Shown here: piece by piece, positions 24,299 to 38,104 of the stretch | Layout of the letters: every line of letters begins with the position of its first letter | How positions within the stretch are numbered: position 1 is the stretch's first letter | NCBI GenBank assembly: GCA_030390025.1 | Contig: CM059432.1 | Coordinates: forward strand, 38,070,001-38,134,000 | Source of the DNA: Squalus acanthias | Taxonomy: Eukaryota | Direction of reading: 5' to 3' | DNA length: 64,000 nt | Program-made: the position numbers and the translations under genes | Notes under the pieces: generated by a model | Database searches by the model: none | The model's input: only the letters and a program-made list of their open reading frames with translations | What the model was told of the DNA's origin: nothing

Positions 24299-24849
24299 AT
24301 TATCCGGTTATTATTACATTGCTATTTGTGGGACCTTGCTGTGTGCAAATAGGCTGCTGTGTTATCTACATTACAACAATGATTACATTTCAAAATGTGC
24401 TTAATTGGATGTAAAGTGCTTTGGGACATCCTGAGGTCATGAAATGTGTTATATAAATGCAAGTCTTTATTTCATCCTAAAGGTAGTACCTGCTGAGATC
24501 TGTGAATGCCTCTTACTGATTAGTTGCAAATAGATTAACTATAGCTGGGCTAATTTTGACCAAATTAATAAAAAAAATCCCTTGTTTATTTTCCTCACTT
24601 TGTTTCTTCCTGAATAGACTGTAGTCTGATAGGAGTGTGGAAATATAGCAGTTCAGCTTGCGTAGAGCAATGTGCGGCATATTCTTGGAGGAACAATGGT
24701 TGGTTTTTAGTAGCAGAAATAAAGTTGATCAGCTGTAGAATGTATCCATTACTGTACCCCATCTGAGTGCTCTAAACAATCGAATCGTTGTTTCAGTATC
24801 CCAGTAGTATGCTCTACAATAATTCAGATGGTGACATGGGCCTCATTTT

Positions 24850-26430
24850 ATCGTTGTCTCAGTGTCTGCATGGTCTCGCCGATGTACCATGCTCCGGTGC
24901 ATCCTTTCCTGCAATGTATGAGGTAGACAACGTTGGCCGAGTCACATGAGTATGTACCATGTACCTGGTGGGTAGTGTCCTCACGTGTGATGATGGTATC
25001 TGTGTCCATGATCTGGCATGTCTTGCAGAGGTTGCCGTGGCAAGGTTGTGTGGTGTCGTGGTCGCTGTTATCCTGAAAGCTGGGTAATTTGCTGCGAACT
25101 ATGGTACTTTTGAGGTTAGGCGGCTGTTTGAAGGCGAGTAGTGGAGGCGTGGGGATGGCCTTAGCGAGGTGTTCGTCGTCATCGATGACATGTTGAAGGC
25201 TGCGAAGAACATGGCGTAGTTTCTCCGCTCCGGGGAAGTACTGGACGACGTAGGGTACCCTGTTGGTTGTGTCCCGTGTTCGCCTTCTGAGGAGGTCTAT
25301 GCGATTTTTCGCAGTGGCCCGTCGGAACTGTCGATCGACGAGTCGAGCGTCATATCCCGTTCTTACGAGGGCGTCTTTCAGCGTCCGTAGGTGTCCATCG
25401 CGTTCCTCCTCGTCTGAGCAGATCCTGTGTATTCGCAGGGCTTGTCCATAGGGGATGGCTTCTTTAACGTGGTTAGGGTGGAAGCTGGAGAAGTGGAGCA
25501 TCGTGAGGTTGTCCGTGGGCTTGCGGTAGAGTGAAGTGCTGAGGTGTCCAGGAATGAAACCGATTCAGAGGAGTAGTCCATGGTGAGTTTGATGGTGGGA
25601 TGGAACTTGTTGATGTTATCGTGTAGTCTTTTCAGTGATCCTTCGCCGTGGGTCCAAAGGAAGAAAATGTCGTCGATGTATCTGGTGTACAGCGTTGGCT
25701 GGAGGTCCTGTGCAGCGAAGAAGTCTTGCTCGAACTTGTGCATGAAGATGTTGACGTATTGGGGTGCGAATTTGGTCCCCATGGCTGTTCCGTGTGTTTG
25801 GGTAAAAAACTGGTTGTCGAAGGTGAAGACATTGTGGTCAAGGATGAAGCGGATGAGTTGTAGGATGGCGTCTGGAGATTGGCTGTTGTTGGTGTTGAGT
25901 ACTGAGGCTGTCACAGCGATGCCGTCATCGTGGGGGATACTGGTGTAGAGTGCCGATACGTCCATCGTGGCGAGGAGTGTTCCTGGTTCAACTGGTCCAT
26001 GGGTGCTGAGTTTCTGTAAGAAGTCTGTGGTGTCGCGGCAGAAGCTGGGGGTTCCCTGTACGATGGGTTTCAGGATGCCCTCGACGTATCCAGAGAGGTT
26101 CTCACACAGGGTTCCGTTGCCTGATACGATATGACGTCCGGGTGTGTTGGCTTTGTGTATCTTTGGGAGGCAGTAGAAGTCTCCCACGCGGGGAGTACGT
26201 GGGATGAGAGCGCGTAGGATGCTTTGAAGGTCTGGATCGAAGGTCTTGATCAGTCTATTGAGTTGGCGGGTGTGTTCTTTGGTCGGATCTGCGGGTAACT
26301 GTCTGTAGTGTTCCAGGTTGTCCAGTTGTCGGTATGCTTCTTTGCAATAGTCCATTCTGTTCTGTATGACGATGGCTCCTCCTTTGTCCGCTGGTTTGAT
26401 GACGATGTTGCGGTTGGTCTTGAGAGCGTG
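24850..26430 (-). mobile_element. Second-family PLE fragment (RT + partial GIY-YIG), frameshifted
   Basis: IKPADKGG, LPKIHK, MDVSALYT, GTAMGT, YIDD; VYLIHC...WYIGET. Confidence 0.9.
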
Positions 26431-26432
26431 AT

Positions 26433-26620
26433 GAAAGAGTGGTGGAAGCAGATTGAATAGTAACTTTCAAAAGGGAATTGGATCTCTACTTAAAAAGGAA
26501 AAATTTGCAGAGCTATGGGGAAAGAGCAGGAGAGTGCGACTAATTGGCAGCTTTTTCAGAGTCGGCACAGGCACGATGGGCTAAATGACCTGCTTCTGTG
26601 CTGTCTGATTGTATGATGAT
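26433..26620 (+). mobile_element. CR1 3' end fragment
   Basis: Homologous to 1-195. Confidence 0.75.
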
Positions 26621-27892
26621 ATTTTGAGTCAGCCATCACCAGGAGGAATTCCTGACTAGCAATGCAGAGTAATCCCATGGACAGAATTACCCTGAAATTC
26701 CACAGGATGGGACTTCCTGCCTCCATAACGCAATTTTGCATAGAAAAGTTCCCCACACAGGGAATATATTTTTGTGAATGGAGAATGAACAGTAACAAAT
26801 TATGATCCTGGCAATAGAGAATGCAATCGGCAATTAACAGTAAAAAATATTTACAACTTTACCACTCAGCCAAAAAGGCTTTCTGATAATAACAGAAAAT
26901 GTTTGAGCATGTTGCAATGAGTGGAATGACAGAGCAGAGCTGAGCATGGGTCTGAGGAATGTTTTCATGCAGCAAAAGTGCTTCCCTACAATTAGTTGAA
27001 GAAAATTTTGCCAGACTGGTTAATATTTCACAACACTGACAACAGCAATCTGTGTTGTATGAAGAGAGCTCAACCGACCATCTATAGTGCACTGTGATGA
27101 CTAAAAATAATGCGCGTTGCATAATAAGGGTCAGTTTCTGGTTCAGTGCCAATTGGATATGAATGCTGACATTAAAATGATACTTTAAGTGTTTAACATC
27201 CCTGCAGCGAATGTTTATTTTCTTCTGCAATAACAGAAGTTATGTAAAAATTGCAAATGAATAGCTACACCTTTTTCTTCTCCTATAAATTGTCAAAGAA
27301 CTGTGCTGCTAAAGACTGATCATAACGGGTGCTTTGTTTCCAGATTTCAGAAGCAAATGCAGTTGCAAGTGTGTGTTATTAAAAATGCCAATAATAAGAT
27401 GGCTTCCTAAAATGAGGCCACCACCCAACAGCAATGGCAATCAATCTACTCAACTGAGTATTTGGTTTCTTCTGTTATAGATCCACTACAACATTATAAT
27501 GAGATGTTATTCAACAGCAGGAGATATTTGAAGATTGTTGGAATGTGTTATTATTGGATTTGGGAGTTCTTACAGTAAATTACAGGCACTTTGTGGCTTC
27601 TGGGCAGACCACATAAGAGCATGTGTTGACAAGGATGGTTTCAGAGATTGTAGAAATTCTGAAATGACTCTTCTAAGTGTATTTTATAAGATATAATCAA
27701 GACTGTATAGGGTATGATACAGTGCAAGGTAAAGTCCCCAGTAATCCACTGCTAAAAATAGCATTAAAGATTTCACTGGTAGTTGGAAGTCAATCAACAT
27801 ATGTTTTTAAGTATGCTTGTACAGAGCTGTGTACAGAGGTGAGCAACTGACAGTATAACTCAGTGCTTCTGTTACACATTTCTCAAAAGTAC

Positions 27893-28335
27893 AGAGAATC
27901 AGACAACCTTACAGCACAGAGGAGGCCATTTGGCCCATTATGCCTGTGCCAAAGGAACTATCCAATTAGTCCCATTCCCCTGCTCTTTCCCCATAGCCTT
28001 GAAATTTTCTCTCCTTCAAGTATTTATCCAATTCACTTTTGAAAGTTACTATTGAATTTCCTTCCAGCACCCTTTCAGGCAGTGCATTCCAAGCCATAAT
28101 AATTTCCTGCTAAAAAAAATTCTCCACATCTCACCTTTGTCTCTTTTGCCAATTACCTTAAATCTGTGTCCTCTGGTTGCCGACCCTTCAACCAGTGTCA
28201 AAAGTTTCTCCTAACTTACTCAAAACCCTTCATGATTTTGAACACCTTTATCAAAACGTCCTTTAACCTGCTCAGCTCTAAAAAGAAGAATCCCAGCTTC
28301 TCTAGTCTCTCCGCGTAAGTGAAGTCTTTCATCCC
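27893..28335 (-). mobile_element. CR1 3' end fragment
   Basis: Reverse-complement homology to 1-195 and upstream CR1 sequence. Confidence 0.75.
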
Positions 28336-28833
28336 ATAAACAACATCAACTGAGGTTACTTCTCCACTGGGTCTTCAGCATCTTTAGCAGTGGATAACAT
28401 CAAAAGTCAAAGCAGCAACTACTGCAATGGAGAAAAGTTATATTTCTCCATCGATTCAAAATAGGAGATGAAGGGGGAGAAATTCAGTATCGCCCCGTTT
28501 GGGGCGCAATTATCGGCCGGGCGCAAAGATTAGTGCCTGGCGCTAATTATCGCCTCCGACTGCAAACTTGACTTTTATCACCCCTGGAGGTGATTGGAGC
28601 GCTAAATCAGGCGCTACACACCTGTCTTAAGGCGCAAAGGCCGAGGAGCGAGGCGCTAACTCAGAGCGCGGGCGCAGCGCAGGTGCTGTCAGTTAGCGAT
28701 GGAACACAGACACACTGGCGCCAGACAGTTCTTAAAGGGGAGGGTCGATCTTGCACTCCAGCCACACCCTGCTCATTGGAGCCTTGAATCTCGGCCTGGA
28801 GAGACCTGTGCCTAAATCTTCCAGCCAAGGACT

Positions 28834-30731
28834 ATGGAGAGGGTGAGAGAACGAGCTCAGCGCTTCAGCGAGCGGGCCTTGGATGCTCTGGTTGGCGCGG
28901 TGGAGCGCAGAAGATCTATACTCTTCCCTGAGAGTGGCAGGAGGCCTTTGCCGCGCGAGTACAGAAGAGTGTGGAGGGAGGTGGCTCAGAGCGTCTCCTG
29001 CAGGAGCATGGTGCCCAGGACCCATGTACAATGTCGAAAAAAGTTCAACGACCTCACTCGGATCGTCAGGGTGAGTGGCTTTTTTTCAATACCTCTCCAT
29101 CCCTCCATCTCAACCTCACTCTATGGCCAGAGGGTCTTAAAACCCCAATGCACAACACTCATCCAACACCTATGGCCCTCTCATGAAACACACACGCACA
29201 TCCACACTTTGCATACAGTAAGGGCTATTCACCTATGGGAGGCACATCAGGCAAGACCATGGCTGTATATTTACTCAGACGCCGTCCTTTTTCTTGCAGG
29301 CCAAGCTATCTCATAATAGGAGACAGCAGCAATGGACGGGTGGAGGGCGGCCTCAGCTGCAACCCCTCAGCGATCTTGAGGCGCGCGTCCACAGGATTGT
29401 GGCAAGCCGGGTGATCGGTCCCGTCGCCACTGGAGACGCCGACCCCGTTCTGGACAGCAATGGTAAGGTCAGCACCTTTTTGTCCTCTCTCCTTCCACTT
29501 GTCCCTCACAACACCAGCCTTTGACACTTTCAATCCAACTTACTAAATCGCTGCACTTATTCCTCCCATACTGCCACCCTGTCCTCACGCTAAAGCCACT
29601 CTTGTACCTCCCTGCTTTCAGATGGTGATTCACCAGCTGAGGAGACGGGCCTTCAAGCTGCCAGTGGGAGTGAAGCTGCAGGCGAGGAGGAAGATGAAGG
29701 CGGAGCATCAGTGCCACCCTCTCCCGAGGAAGCCCATGCCCACACTGGGAACACGCCTTCCCTGGAGGGGAGCAGGGGGGAAGGGTCTGATGAGGGTGAA
29801 GCTCCAGGACCCAGCGGGCTGCAGCAACGCCATGGGGGTAGGGAAGAACGGGGGCCTTCTCCCCGGAGGGAGAGTATGCCAGCGACTCCTACTGCACTGG
29901 ACGCAGAGGAGGAGCGGCTCATCGCTGAAATGAACACCCAGGCGGTGGACATGCACACTGAGCTCATGGGTGCAGTGGGAAGGGTACCCGAATGCATTGA
30001 ATCACTGGCAAGGAGTGTGGAGCACTTCGCTGTAGCACGGGCGGATGCCACACTAAAGCTTAGTGCTGCAATTCAGTCACTGGCTGCTCTCATGCAGACT
30101 CAGATTGAGGCCACGCGAGCACTGACTGCTGCCATCCTCGATGGTTCGTACACATTTCCCCGGGGCTCTCACCACGCCGCAGCAGGCCAGCAATCTGTGC
30201 TCCAGCAGATTGCTCCGGATGCTGAAGTGCTGCCCCGTGGGAGTGCCAGTGTGTCAGTCGAGCAGGGAGTTGCTGTCCTCTCTCAAGATGTGGAGATGCC
30301 GGCGTTGGACTGGGGTGGACAAAAATGAGAAGTCGCACAACACCAGGTTATAGTCCAACAGATTTATTTAACTCAGATTTATTTAAATAAATCTGTTGGA
30401 CTATAACCTGGTGTTGTGCGACTTCTCATTTCTCTCTCAAGATGACAGCATTCCTGCTGCCACCACTGTCACTTCTCCACTGCACTTGCCACTGCCTGTA
30501 GGACAGACTGCTGCCGCCCATGCAGAGTTGGTGCAGTCTGCAGCTAGGCCCTCCAGGCCCAGAGCTGGTCGAGGCCGTCCTTCAAGGGCATCTGCAGTCT
30601 CAGGTTCTGACAATCAGCAGCCTTCCACCAGCCTTGCTGCAGCCACTGGGGTCCCATTACGGAGGAGCAGTAGGGTGGGAAGGGGGGAAGTGCGCAAGGG
30701 AAGGAGATCACCCTCGAAGGGCAAAAAGTAG
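28834..30731 (+). pseudogene. Harbinger Myb/SANT-like protein, 3 exons (28834-29070, 29300-29462, 29622-30731)
   Basis: RFSERALDALV...WREVA...RTHVQCRKKFNDL; GT-AG sites; exon 3 disrupted by a PLE mini-insert. Confidence 0.8.
30291..30431. mobile_element. Hairpin mini-insertion resembling PLE termini, 13-bp TSD
   Basis: 47-bp inverted arms at 30324-30370 and 30384-30430; TSD CTCTCTCAAGATG. Confidence 0.7.
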
Positions 30732-30996
30732 GAGGTGTGACAAAATGTTGGTCATTTTTTTATTAAAGGCTAAGGTTCGTGGTCAAACTTTTGAACATTA
30801 TCTCCAGGTTGTGAGAACCAGTTCTGTTAATGACTGTGTTTTTGTGTTTCTTTCTATTAGTTTGTCATGAGGAAATGACACACACAGAGTTTGTGAAATA
30901 AATAAGTTTTTGTATTCAAAATATACATGTTTGGTCTTTGGAATCATTGGTGCCGTGGCCGGCTTAGGGGTTGCGGGTTGGTTTCATTCATGTTGT

Positions 30997-32175
30997 TCTC
31001 AATGGCAGAAGCCATTTCCTCAGCAGGGGCCTAGAAGCGGCTTGCTATCAGCCGTTGACGGACGGCCCTTGCAGTTTCAACATTGTGGGCCACCCTCCCG
31101 CCTTGGTGCTACCGATGATCATCCTCCTCCTCCTCTTCCTCCTCCTCCCCTGGTGGTGCTCCAAGGCCTGGTGGCATTGGCTGGGTCCTGAGGATTGCCA
31201 TGTTATGCAGCATGAAGCACACAACTACGAAGTGGGAAACTTGCTCAGGCGAGTACTGCAGGGCTCCTCCAGAATGGTCCAGACAGCGGAACCATTGCTT
31301 GAGCACGCCGATTGTGTGCTCAACGATGTTCCTGGTAGCTTGATGGCTCTCGTTGTACCGCAGCTCAGCAGGGGTGTACGGAGCGGTGTCATCAGCCAGG
31401 TGCTCAGTGGATATCCCTTGTCCCCGAGAAGCCAACCAACTGGCTGATGTGGTGCCTCGAAAAGTTCTGCCACTGTAGTCTGGCGCAGGATGAATGCATC
31501 GTGGCAGCCGCCAGGATAGTGGGCATTGACAGCGAGTATCAGCTGTCTGTGGTCACAGACCAACTGAACGTTCAAGGAATGGAACCCCTTTCTGTTCCGG
31601 AAATCCTCGGCATTCTCATGCGGAGCACGCAAAGCCACATGCGTGCAGTCAATGGCGCCCTGCACCATGGGGAAGCCCGCTATCCTCGCAAAGCCCATAG
31701 CGCGTTCATGCTGCTTGTCTGGGGTCATGGGGAAAGAGATGTACTCTCGTCTCCTTTTAAAGAGGGCATTTGTGACCTGACGGATGCAGCAATGCACCGC
31801 GAACTGGGAGATATTGGCGATGTCCCCAGTAGCAGATTGAAATGAGCCAGTGGCATAAAAGTTCAGAGCCACTGTGATCTTCACTGCCACCGACAGAGAC
31901 GTCCTGGACCTCAGTTGAGGCTGCAGATCTGGCTGCAGCAGGTGGCAGAGCTCAGTGACCACCTCATTGCTGAAGCGCAGCCTTCGCAAACACTGCTCCT
32001 CAGACATATGAATGTAGGAGAGCTGTTGACGATATACCCTGGGAGGGTAAGGTCTCCTGTACAGAGGCCTGTTGGCCCTCCTTCATCTGGCCATGATTGC
32101 CACTCTCTCTCTGCGTCTCTGTGTCCTCCGATTCTGGTGGTGCAGGACGACGCCCCCAATCAGTGCAGCCCCCAT
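30997..32175 (-). pseudogene. Harbinger (HARBI1-like) DDE transposase, frameshifted
   Basis: GFPMVQGAIDCTHV, NRKGFHSLNVQLVCD, YPGGCHDAFIL, LLGDKGYPL, RNIVEHTIGVLK. Confidence 0.9.
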
Positions 32176-33647
32176 AGTCTCTTAGCAATCAAAGTTATGA
32201 AGGCCAAAAACCAAAGTACCTGCAAAGTTATGATCAGTAGCCAAAACTACCTCACACAGCGTTGACTCAATGCAGAAGTCTCTCTTTCTCTCTCTCCGAA
32301 TCTCTCTCTCTCTCTCTCAGAACGAGTGGTGCAAAAATGTCAACCACAGAGAAAGACAGGAAGAGGCCCCCTTTAAATAGCGCCCCCCCCCAGCCCCACA
32401 GTGACTGGTAGCATTCCAGTCTTCCGGTCGTTGGTAGCGCCAGGCGGAAAGGATGGGGGCGCCACTCAATTTCCGCTCCGGGGCGCCACAAGGGCGTTGC
32501 ACCCTCGTATGACGTCATGATCTGCGTGCGCAGGAGATCGCGGCGGTAAAGTTTAGCGCCGCCGCAAAATGTTTAGTTAAGTTCGCAAGCGGCGCAAACA
32601 TTGCTGCGCCCAGGCGCTAGTTGCTTTGCGCCCCATTAGCACCCTCTTAAGGCGCTAACGGGAGGCGCAACCAACTGAATTTTTCCCCCGAAGTCTTTAA
32701 TGGGTCTTTTTTGTATCAAACTTGTGAAGGCCAATTAAGACCTGTTTATTATATGAACATACGAAATTGACAAGCAGGAAAAGACCATGTGGTCCATCTA
32801 GCCTGCCTCATACTACGATGGCCTGACCATCTTGGCTAAACACTTCTACCCACCCCACCCACCCCCACCTCCCACTCACTCCGGCAGCCATGTAATCTCC
32901 CAGGAGAGGCAAAAAAAGAGAAAAAACCCAGGACCAACAAGGGAAAATATACACTGGAAAATTCCTCTCCAACCCCCTCAGGTGATCAAAACTGGTCCAG
33001 GAGATCACATGAACCAAGTGTTATCTATAAAGGCACTTACCTTCTATATGAGGTGATGTCTGCCCCAGTAAGTAACCGGTCTAGCTCCCTTGTGAAGGCA
33101 GGCAGAGAGTCAACACCCACCACACCAGCTGGCAATGTATTCCAGAGGCTCACTTCTCTGGGAAAAGGGGGAGAAATTGGGCACCTTAGCGCCTCCCGTT
33201 AGCACCTCCGGGGGGCGCTAACGGGATTACCAGCTTTGCGACCGGGTGCGGCGATAGTACCGACGCCCGTGAAATTGAGGTGGAGGTTTGCGGCGGCGGT
33301 AACCACCAGTGCCACGATCTCCTGCGCCCGGAGATCGTGACGTCATCCGGGTGCACAGCGCCCCGGCTCTGAAATTCACTCTCGCCCCCTGCCTGAGCGC
33401 CTGCCGTTAGCAACAACAGGTAGAGGAGGCGGTATGCAGTCGGATGAGCGCTGGAGGAGCGCTATATAAAGGCGTCAACTTCCGGGTTTTCTTTTGTCGG
33501 CAAAGAATGCTGCCTTGTCAGTCTGACATAGGCAAACAGGTGTTTTGAGTGATTTCAGCCTTTTCAACTTGAAGGAGTCTTCTGCCTCAGAAATATTTAT
33601 CACTTTCATTTCGATTAGATTTTATAGTGCACTATTTCCATAATTTA

Positions 33648-34863
33648 ATGGGGGCTGTACTGGCACTGGACCTCGCCCTCCAGCATCAACGCCGGAGGCA
33701 GTGGAAGCAGAGAGAAAGATTGCAAAATGTGGCCAGAGGGAGGAGGGCCAACAGGGCTCTCAACAGGAGGCCTTACCTTCCCAGGGTATTCCAGTAGCAT
33801 TTCTCCTACATCAATCTCACTGAGGAGCAGTGTCTTAGAAGGCTCCGCTTCACCAAGGACGTGGTCACAGAGCTCTGCCACCTCCTGCAGCCAGACCTTG
33901 AGCCTCACATCAGGAGCACCACGTCTCTCTCAGTGGCAGTCAAGGTCACCATCGCCCTCAATTTCTACGCCAGCAGATCCTACAGGAGACATATCTAACA
34001 TATCGTAGTTCGCCGTCCATTACTGCATCCGCGAGGTCACAGATGCTCTCTACAGAAAGAGAAGGGACTACATTTCCTTCCCCATGGCCACAGAGAAGCA
34101 GCACAAGCTTGCATGTGGCTTTGCCAGGATAGTGGGCTTCCCCATGGTGCAGGGCGCCATTGACTGCACCCACGTCACTTTGCGGGCACCTCATAATAAT
34201 CCTGAGGTATTCCGTAACCACAAAGGCTACCACTCACTTAATGTGCAGTTGGTGTGCGACCACACACAGCGCATCCTCACCGTCAATGCCCGCTATCATG
34301 GCAGCAGCCACGATGCCTTCATCCAGCGCCAGACCGGTGTGCCAGCTCTGTTCCAGCCACCACATCAAGCTAGTAGATGGCTGCTGGGAGACAAGGGCTA
34401 TCCGCTCTCCACCTGGCTCATGACTCCCCTCCGCAACCCCAACACTCCTGCCCAGCACTCATATAATGAGAGCCATGCTGCCACCAGGAACATCATCGAG
34501 CAGACAATCGGAGTGCTCAAGCAACGGTTCCATTGCCTTGACCGTTCGGGAGGAGCCCTCCAGTACTTGGCTGAGCAGGTGTCCCTTTTCATCATCATCT
34601 GCTGCATGCTGCACAACTTGGCCATCATGAGGGCACAGCCATTGCCACCATGCATAGCCGCACCACCTCAGGAGGAGAAAGAGGGGGAGGAGGAGAAGGA
34701 GGAGGTGGACGAGGACGAGGAGGAGAAGGAGGAGGAGGAAGAGGAGGACGAGGAGGAGGAGGAGGAACAGGAGCACCAACAGCTGCGACAGAGGAGGCAG
34801 CCACTCCATCGGCCTTGTGGAAGGGCGGCCCATGACTGCCTGATCAGACTGCGGTTCCAATGA
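33648..34863 (+). pseudogene. Harbinger transposase with Glu-rich tail, disrupted near 33975-34010
   Basis: GAIDCTHV, HDAFI, LLGDKGYPL, IEQTIGVLKQRF, CCMLHNLAI. Confidence 0.9.
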
Positions 34864-35029
34864 AATCGAGGCCACTTCCCGGTTGCTCATCCAGTCCCCA
34901 TCCTTCCATCAATTTCTCATTCCATACCACATCCTAGAGCTGAAATGAGACACAGCACCATTTCTGCAACATTCCAATAATAAATTTATACACAATCAGT
35001 AACCACATATATACAACAACAATATAAAC

Positions 35030-36913
35030 AAATCACCCTTGTGCAAACCTTTACTTGCCCTCTTTGCAGTGCCTTTTCCTAATTTACTGCTCCTACGTAG
35101 TCTGTCCCCAGTGGCTGCAGCAGGGCTGGTGGAAGGCTGCTGAGTGTCAGTGCCAGAAACTACAGATGGCCTTGCAGGACGCCCTCGACCAGCTCTGGGC
35201 CTGGGAGGCCCGGCTTTACACTGCACCACCTCAGGTAGGGTGGCGGCAGTCTGGGTTGGCTGGATGACAGTCAGCGGCAAGGGCAATGGAGGAGTGGCAG
35301 GGGTGGGAGCAGGAATGCTGTCATCCTGAGAGAGGACAGCAGGTTCCTGCTCCACTGACCCACTGCCACTCCCCCGGGGCAGCACCTCAGCATCCCTACC
35401 AATCTGCTGGAACACAGATTGCTGGCCTACTGTGACACCGTGAGATCCCCGGTGGACTGTGGTGGTCCCAGCGACGATGGCAGCAGTCAGAGCTTTCGTA
35501 GCATGAAGCTGAGACTGCATGAGATCAGCTTGACACTCGATGGCAGCAACCATTGACTGTATTACAGCACTAAGATGTTGCTTGGCTTCCGCCTGTGCTG
35601 CAATAGATACTGCCACATCGCCCATGACACGCGGCATGAGGTCTGGGGCCCCACGGTCTCTCAGGGAGTCCACCATCCTTGGCAAACTGCATGGTGTGCG
35701 CAGAGCTCTGTGCAATGTTGGAGGCGGACTCCTCCATGCTCCTTACCATTGCCGACAGGCTCTCGGGTACCCTTGCCATTGCACCTATTATCTTGGTGTG
35801 CATGGCCATCACCCTTCTTGTGAACGCCTCTCCATCGAGGTCCTCATCTCAGTCCTGTGCAGCAGAACTCATGCGCGAACTCACCCTCCGGGGAGCTGGC
35901 TCCCGAGCTACCCTTTCCCCCTTGCCTTGCTGCGGCCCGCTCGTCCCCGCTGCATCACCCAGTGCAGACCCTTCTACTAAACCTGCCTCTAAAGATCGCG
36001 TAGTGCCAGCATCTGAGGTGGTGCCTGCGGGTGAGACATGCAGTGATGCGGTGCTTTGCTCCTCCTCTTCTCCTCCTTCATTCTCAGTGGGAGACTCAGG
36101 GACAGGCTGGTCATCTTGTTGCTGATTCTCTGAAAGCATAAAGACACAAGACTCGCGTTAAGGTGAGGGCAGGGGGCAGGCAGGGAGCAAGGAATGCAGA
36201 CAGTAACAGGAGCTGGAAAGTGGGAAAGGCTTGTGGTGTGAGGGGGAAGTGGGATGAGAGAAGGAGAGGGGATGAACATACCGTTGTTACCCCCAAGGGG
36301 GTCGACATTCCCGACGGCCATGTGCCCACCACCTGCTGCCGAATGAGTTGCAGCACTCGCTCCTCCAGGTCTGAGAGCTGCTGGAGCTGCGCATTACCCC
36401 CGTCTGTTCTCTGCTGCTCCCTCCTATTGTGAGCTATCTTGGCCTGCAAGAGAAACGAATGTGTGTGATTCAGAGTCCAGCTATGTGTTTGGAAGATATG
36501 CCTGCCGTAGTTGAATAGCTGTGATTGGAGGCAAGGTGTGAGATGTGGATGTGAGTTTAAGTAGGTGGAGATGCTTGGTGGGTGAGTGGTGGGGTGTGGT
36601 GGTTTGTGCACTGTGTACAGACTGAGGTTCAGATGATGGTATGTAGGACCTGTTGAAGCATTTACTCACCCTGACCGCCCGAGTGAGGTCGTTGAATTTC
36701 CTCCTACACTGTGTCAGGCTGCGTTCATCCACACTACTGGCCGAGACCTCCTGGGCCACTTCCCTCCACATTGCCCTGAAGACCTGGGGCAATGGCCTCC
36801 TTCCAGTGTCCGGGAACAGACACTGCCCTCCTTCGCTCCACTCCAGCCACCAATGCCTCCAATGCCTCGTCCGTGAAACGACGAGCTCTCTCACTGGGAG
36901 TGGGATCAGCCAT
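35030..36913 (-). pseudogene. Harbinger Myb/SANT-like gene, frameshifted
   Basis: MADPTPSERARRFTDEALEALV...WREVAQEV...QCRRKFNDL; exon layout like element A. Confidence 0.8.
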
Positions 36914-38104
36914 CACGATCAGGGGATTGAGTTGCTTGCAGGTCGCCTTCATAGCAAGCACTGCTGATAATGAGGATCTGCACAATGATGCAACCTCCCC
37001 TTTAAGAGCTGGAAGGAGCCAGTGTGAAGGATCATTCCCGATTGCATTGCACCTGAAATTCATTAGCGATCTGCTGGTAGCACCCCTGTAGCGGCCTAAT
37101 GAGGTCATTAGCGCCTGATTTAGTGCTCCAGCTCTCTCCTAGAGCGCTAAAAGCCAATTTAATGGAACCTCAGATTCATTAGCGCCTGCCGCTAATTTTT
37201 CACGAATTCAAAATTTACCGCCCCACAAATTTCTCCCCCGAACTGCCTAACATTGAGGCTATTCCTACTCTTACATAGTTTAAACTCGTGTCTCCTGGTC
37301 CACCCCAATCTGTTAAACTGGAATAATCTATCAATAGGGACGCTATCCAGCCCTTTAATTATTTTATAGACCTCTATCAGGTCACCTCCAAGTCTAAGCT
37401 GCTCGAAAGTAAATAAACTTCAAAAGTACATGTGCTTGAGCCTATCTGATTAGCTGAAGTTCTTTAAGCGCGGAATCATTCTTGTAGCTCTCCTCCGGAC
37501 CTTTTCCAAGGCCACTATATTACTGGTTCCTCTAGCACTACTATTAACCTCACTGGTGATTGTTTACAATTAATTGGAACTGCATTTAAAATAATGGGAA
37601 TGCAGCAAAGGCTGGCACAGTAAGCAGCATTGCCACTATTTCTATTTAGTGCTTAAATGCAAAACGTAGGGAAGCTGAAAGGAAGTGCAAACTACAAAGA
37701 CTCCTCACAGGCCCTGTCATCAGACACTGACTGGAACCTCTGCAGCTTCAGGAGCACCCACCTGGATATGACCACAGTGCACGCAATACTTGTGGTTGCC
37801 CAGGGAGATGGTTACTTAGTTATGCGGCCTTGTAGCACCTCAGCTGGAAAGACAATCAATTGTGGGCTTAGCTCTGCCTGTGACTCTTAACGTGACCACA
37901 GCCCTGAAATAAGACTGAGAAATGCTACCCGGGTAATCATGAAGCAGTGTTTAAGAATCTTCACTATGACTTCACTGCCTGAATCACTCGGGGAGTGGGG
38001 GGGGGGGGGGGGGGGGGGGGGGGGTGGAGGGGGAGAAACAGCTCACTTACAGTACATCCCAGGTGGTGTCCAAAATAATAATAGTGTGCTTTGTGCTCCA
38101 TAGT

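Larger units (their letters stand above)
20721..24475 (+). mobile_element. tRNA-derived Deu-type SINE split by a solo LTR and a MITE
   Basis: A-box TGGCTCAGTGG, B-box GGTTCAAGTCC, 3' end TATATAAATGCAAGTC; collinear with the SINEs at 38105 and 46684. Confidence 0.8.
28473..32689. mobile_element. PIF/Harbinger transposon A (full structure, degenerate)
   Basis: TIRs GGGGGAGAAATTCAGT / ACTGAATTTTTCCCCC, GAA TSD, convergent Myb and nuclease genes. Confidence 0.92.
33167..37239. mobile_element. PIF/Harbinger transposon B
   Basis: Perfect 12-bp TIR GGGGGAGAAATT; nuclease on +, Myb on -. Confidence 0.9.
32755..37520 (-). mobile_element. CR1 3' fragment split by Harbinger B (32755-33166, 37240-37520)
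   Basis: CR1-like 3' sequence continues on both sides of the transposon. Confidence 0.55.

Noticed and set aside
26859..27230. 123-aa minus-strand ORF or small exon
   Set aside because: No recognisable protein features; splice-like sites could be chance.
34084..34863. Host HARBI1 gene
   Set aside because: Lies within TIRs, paired with a Myb gene, disrupted upstream and multi-copy, so it is a transposon.
37997..38024. Poly-G tract
   Set aside because: Simple homopolymer with no supporting structure; length may be unreliable.
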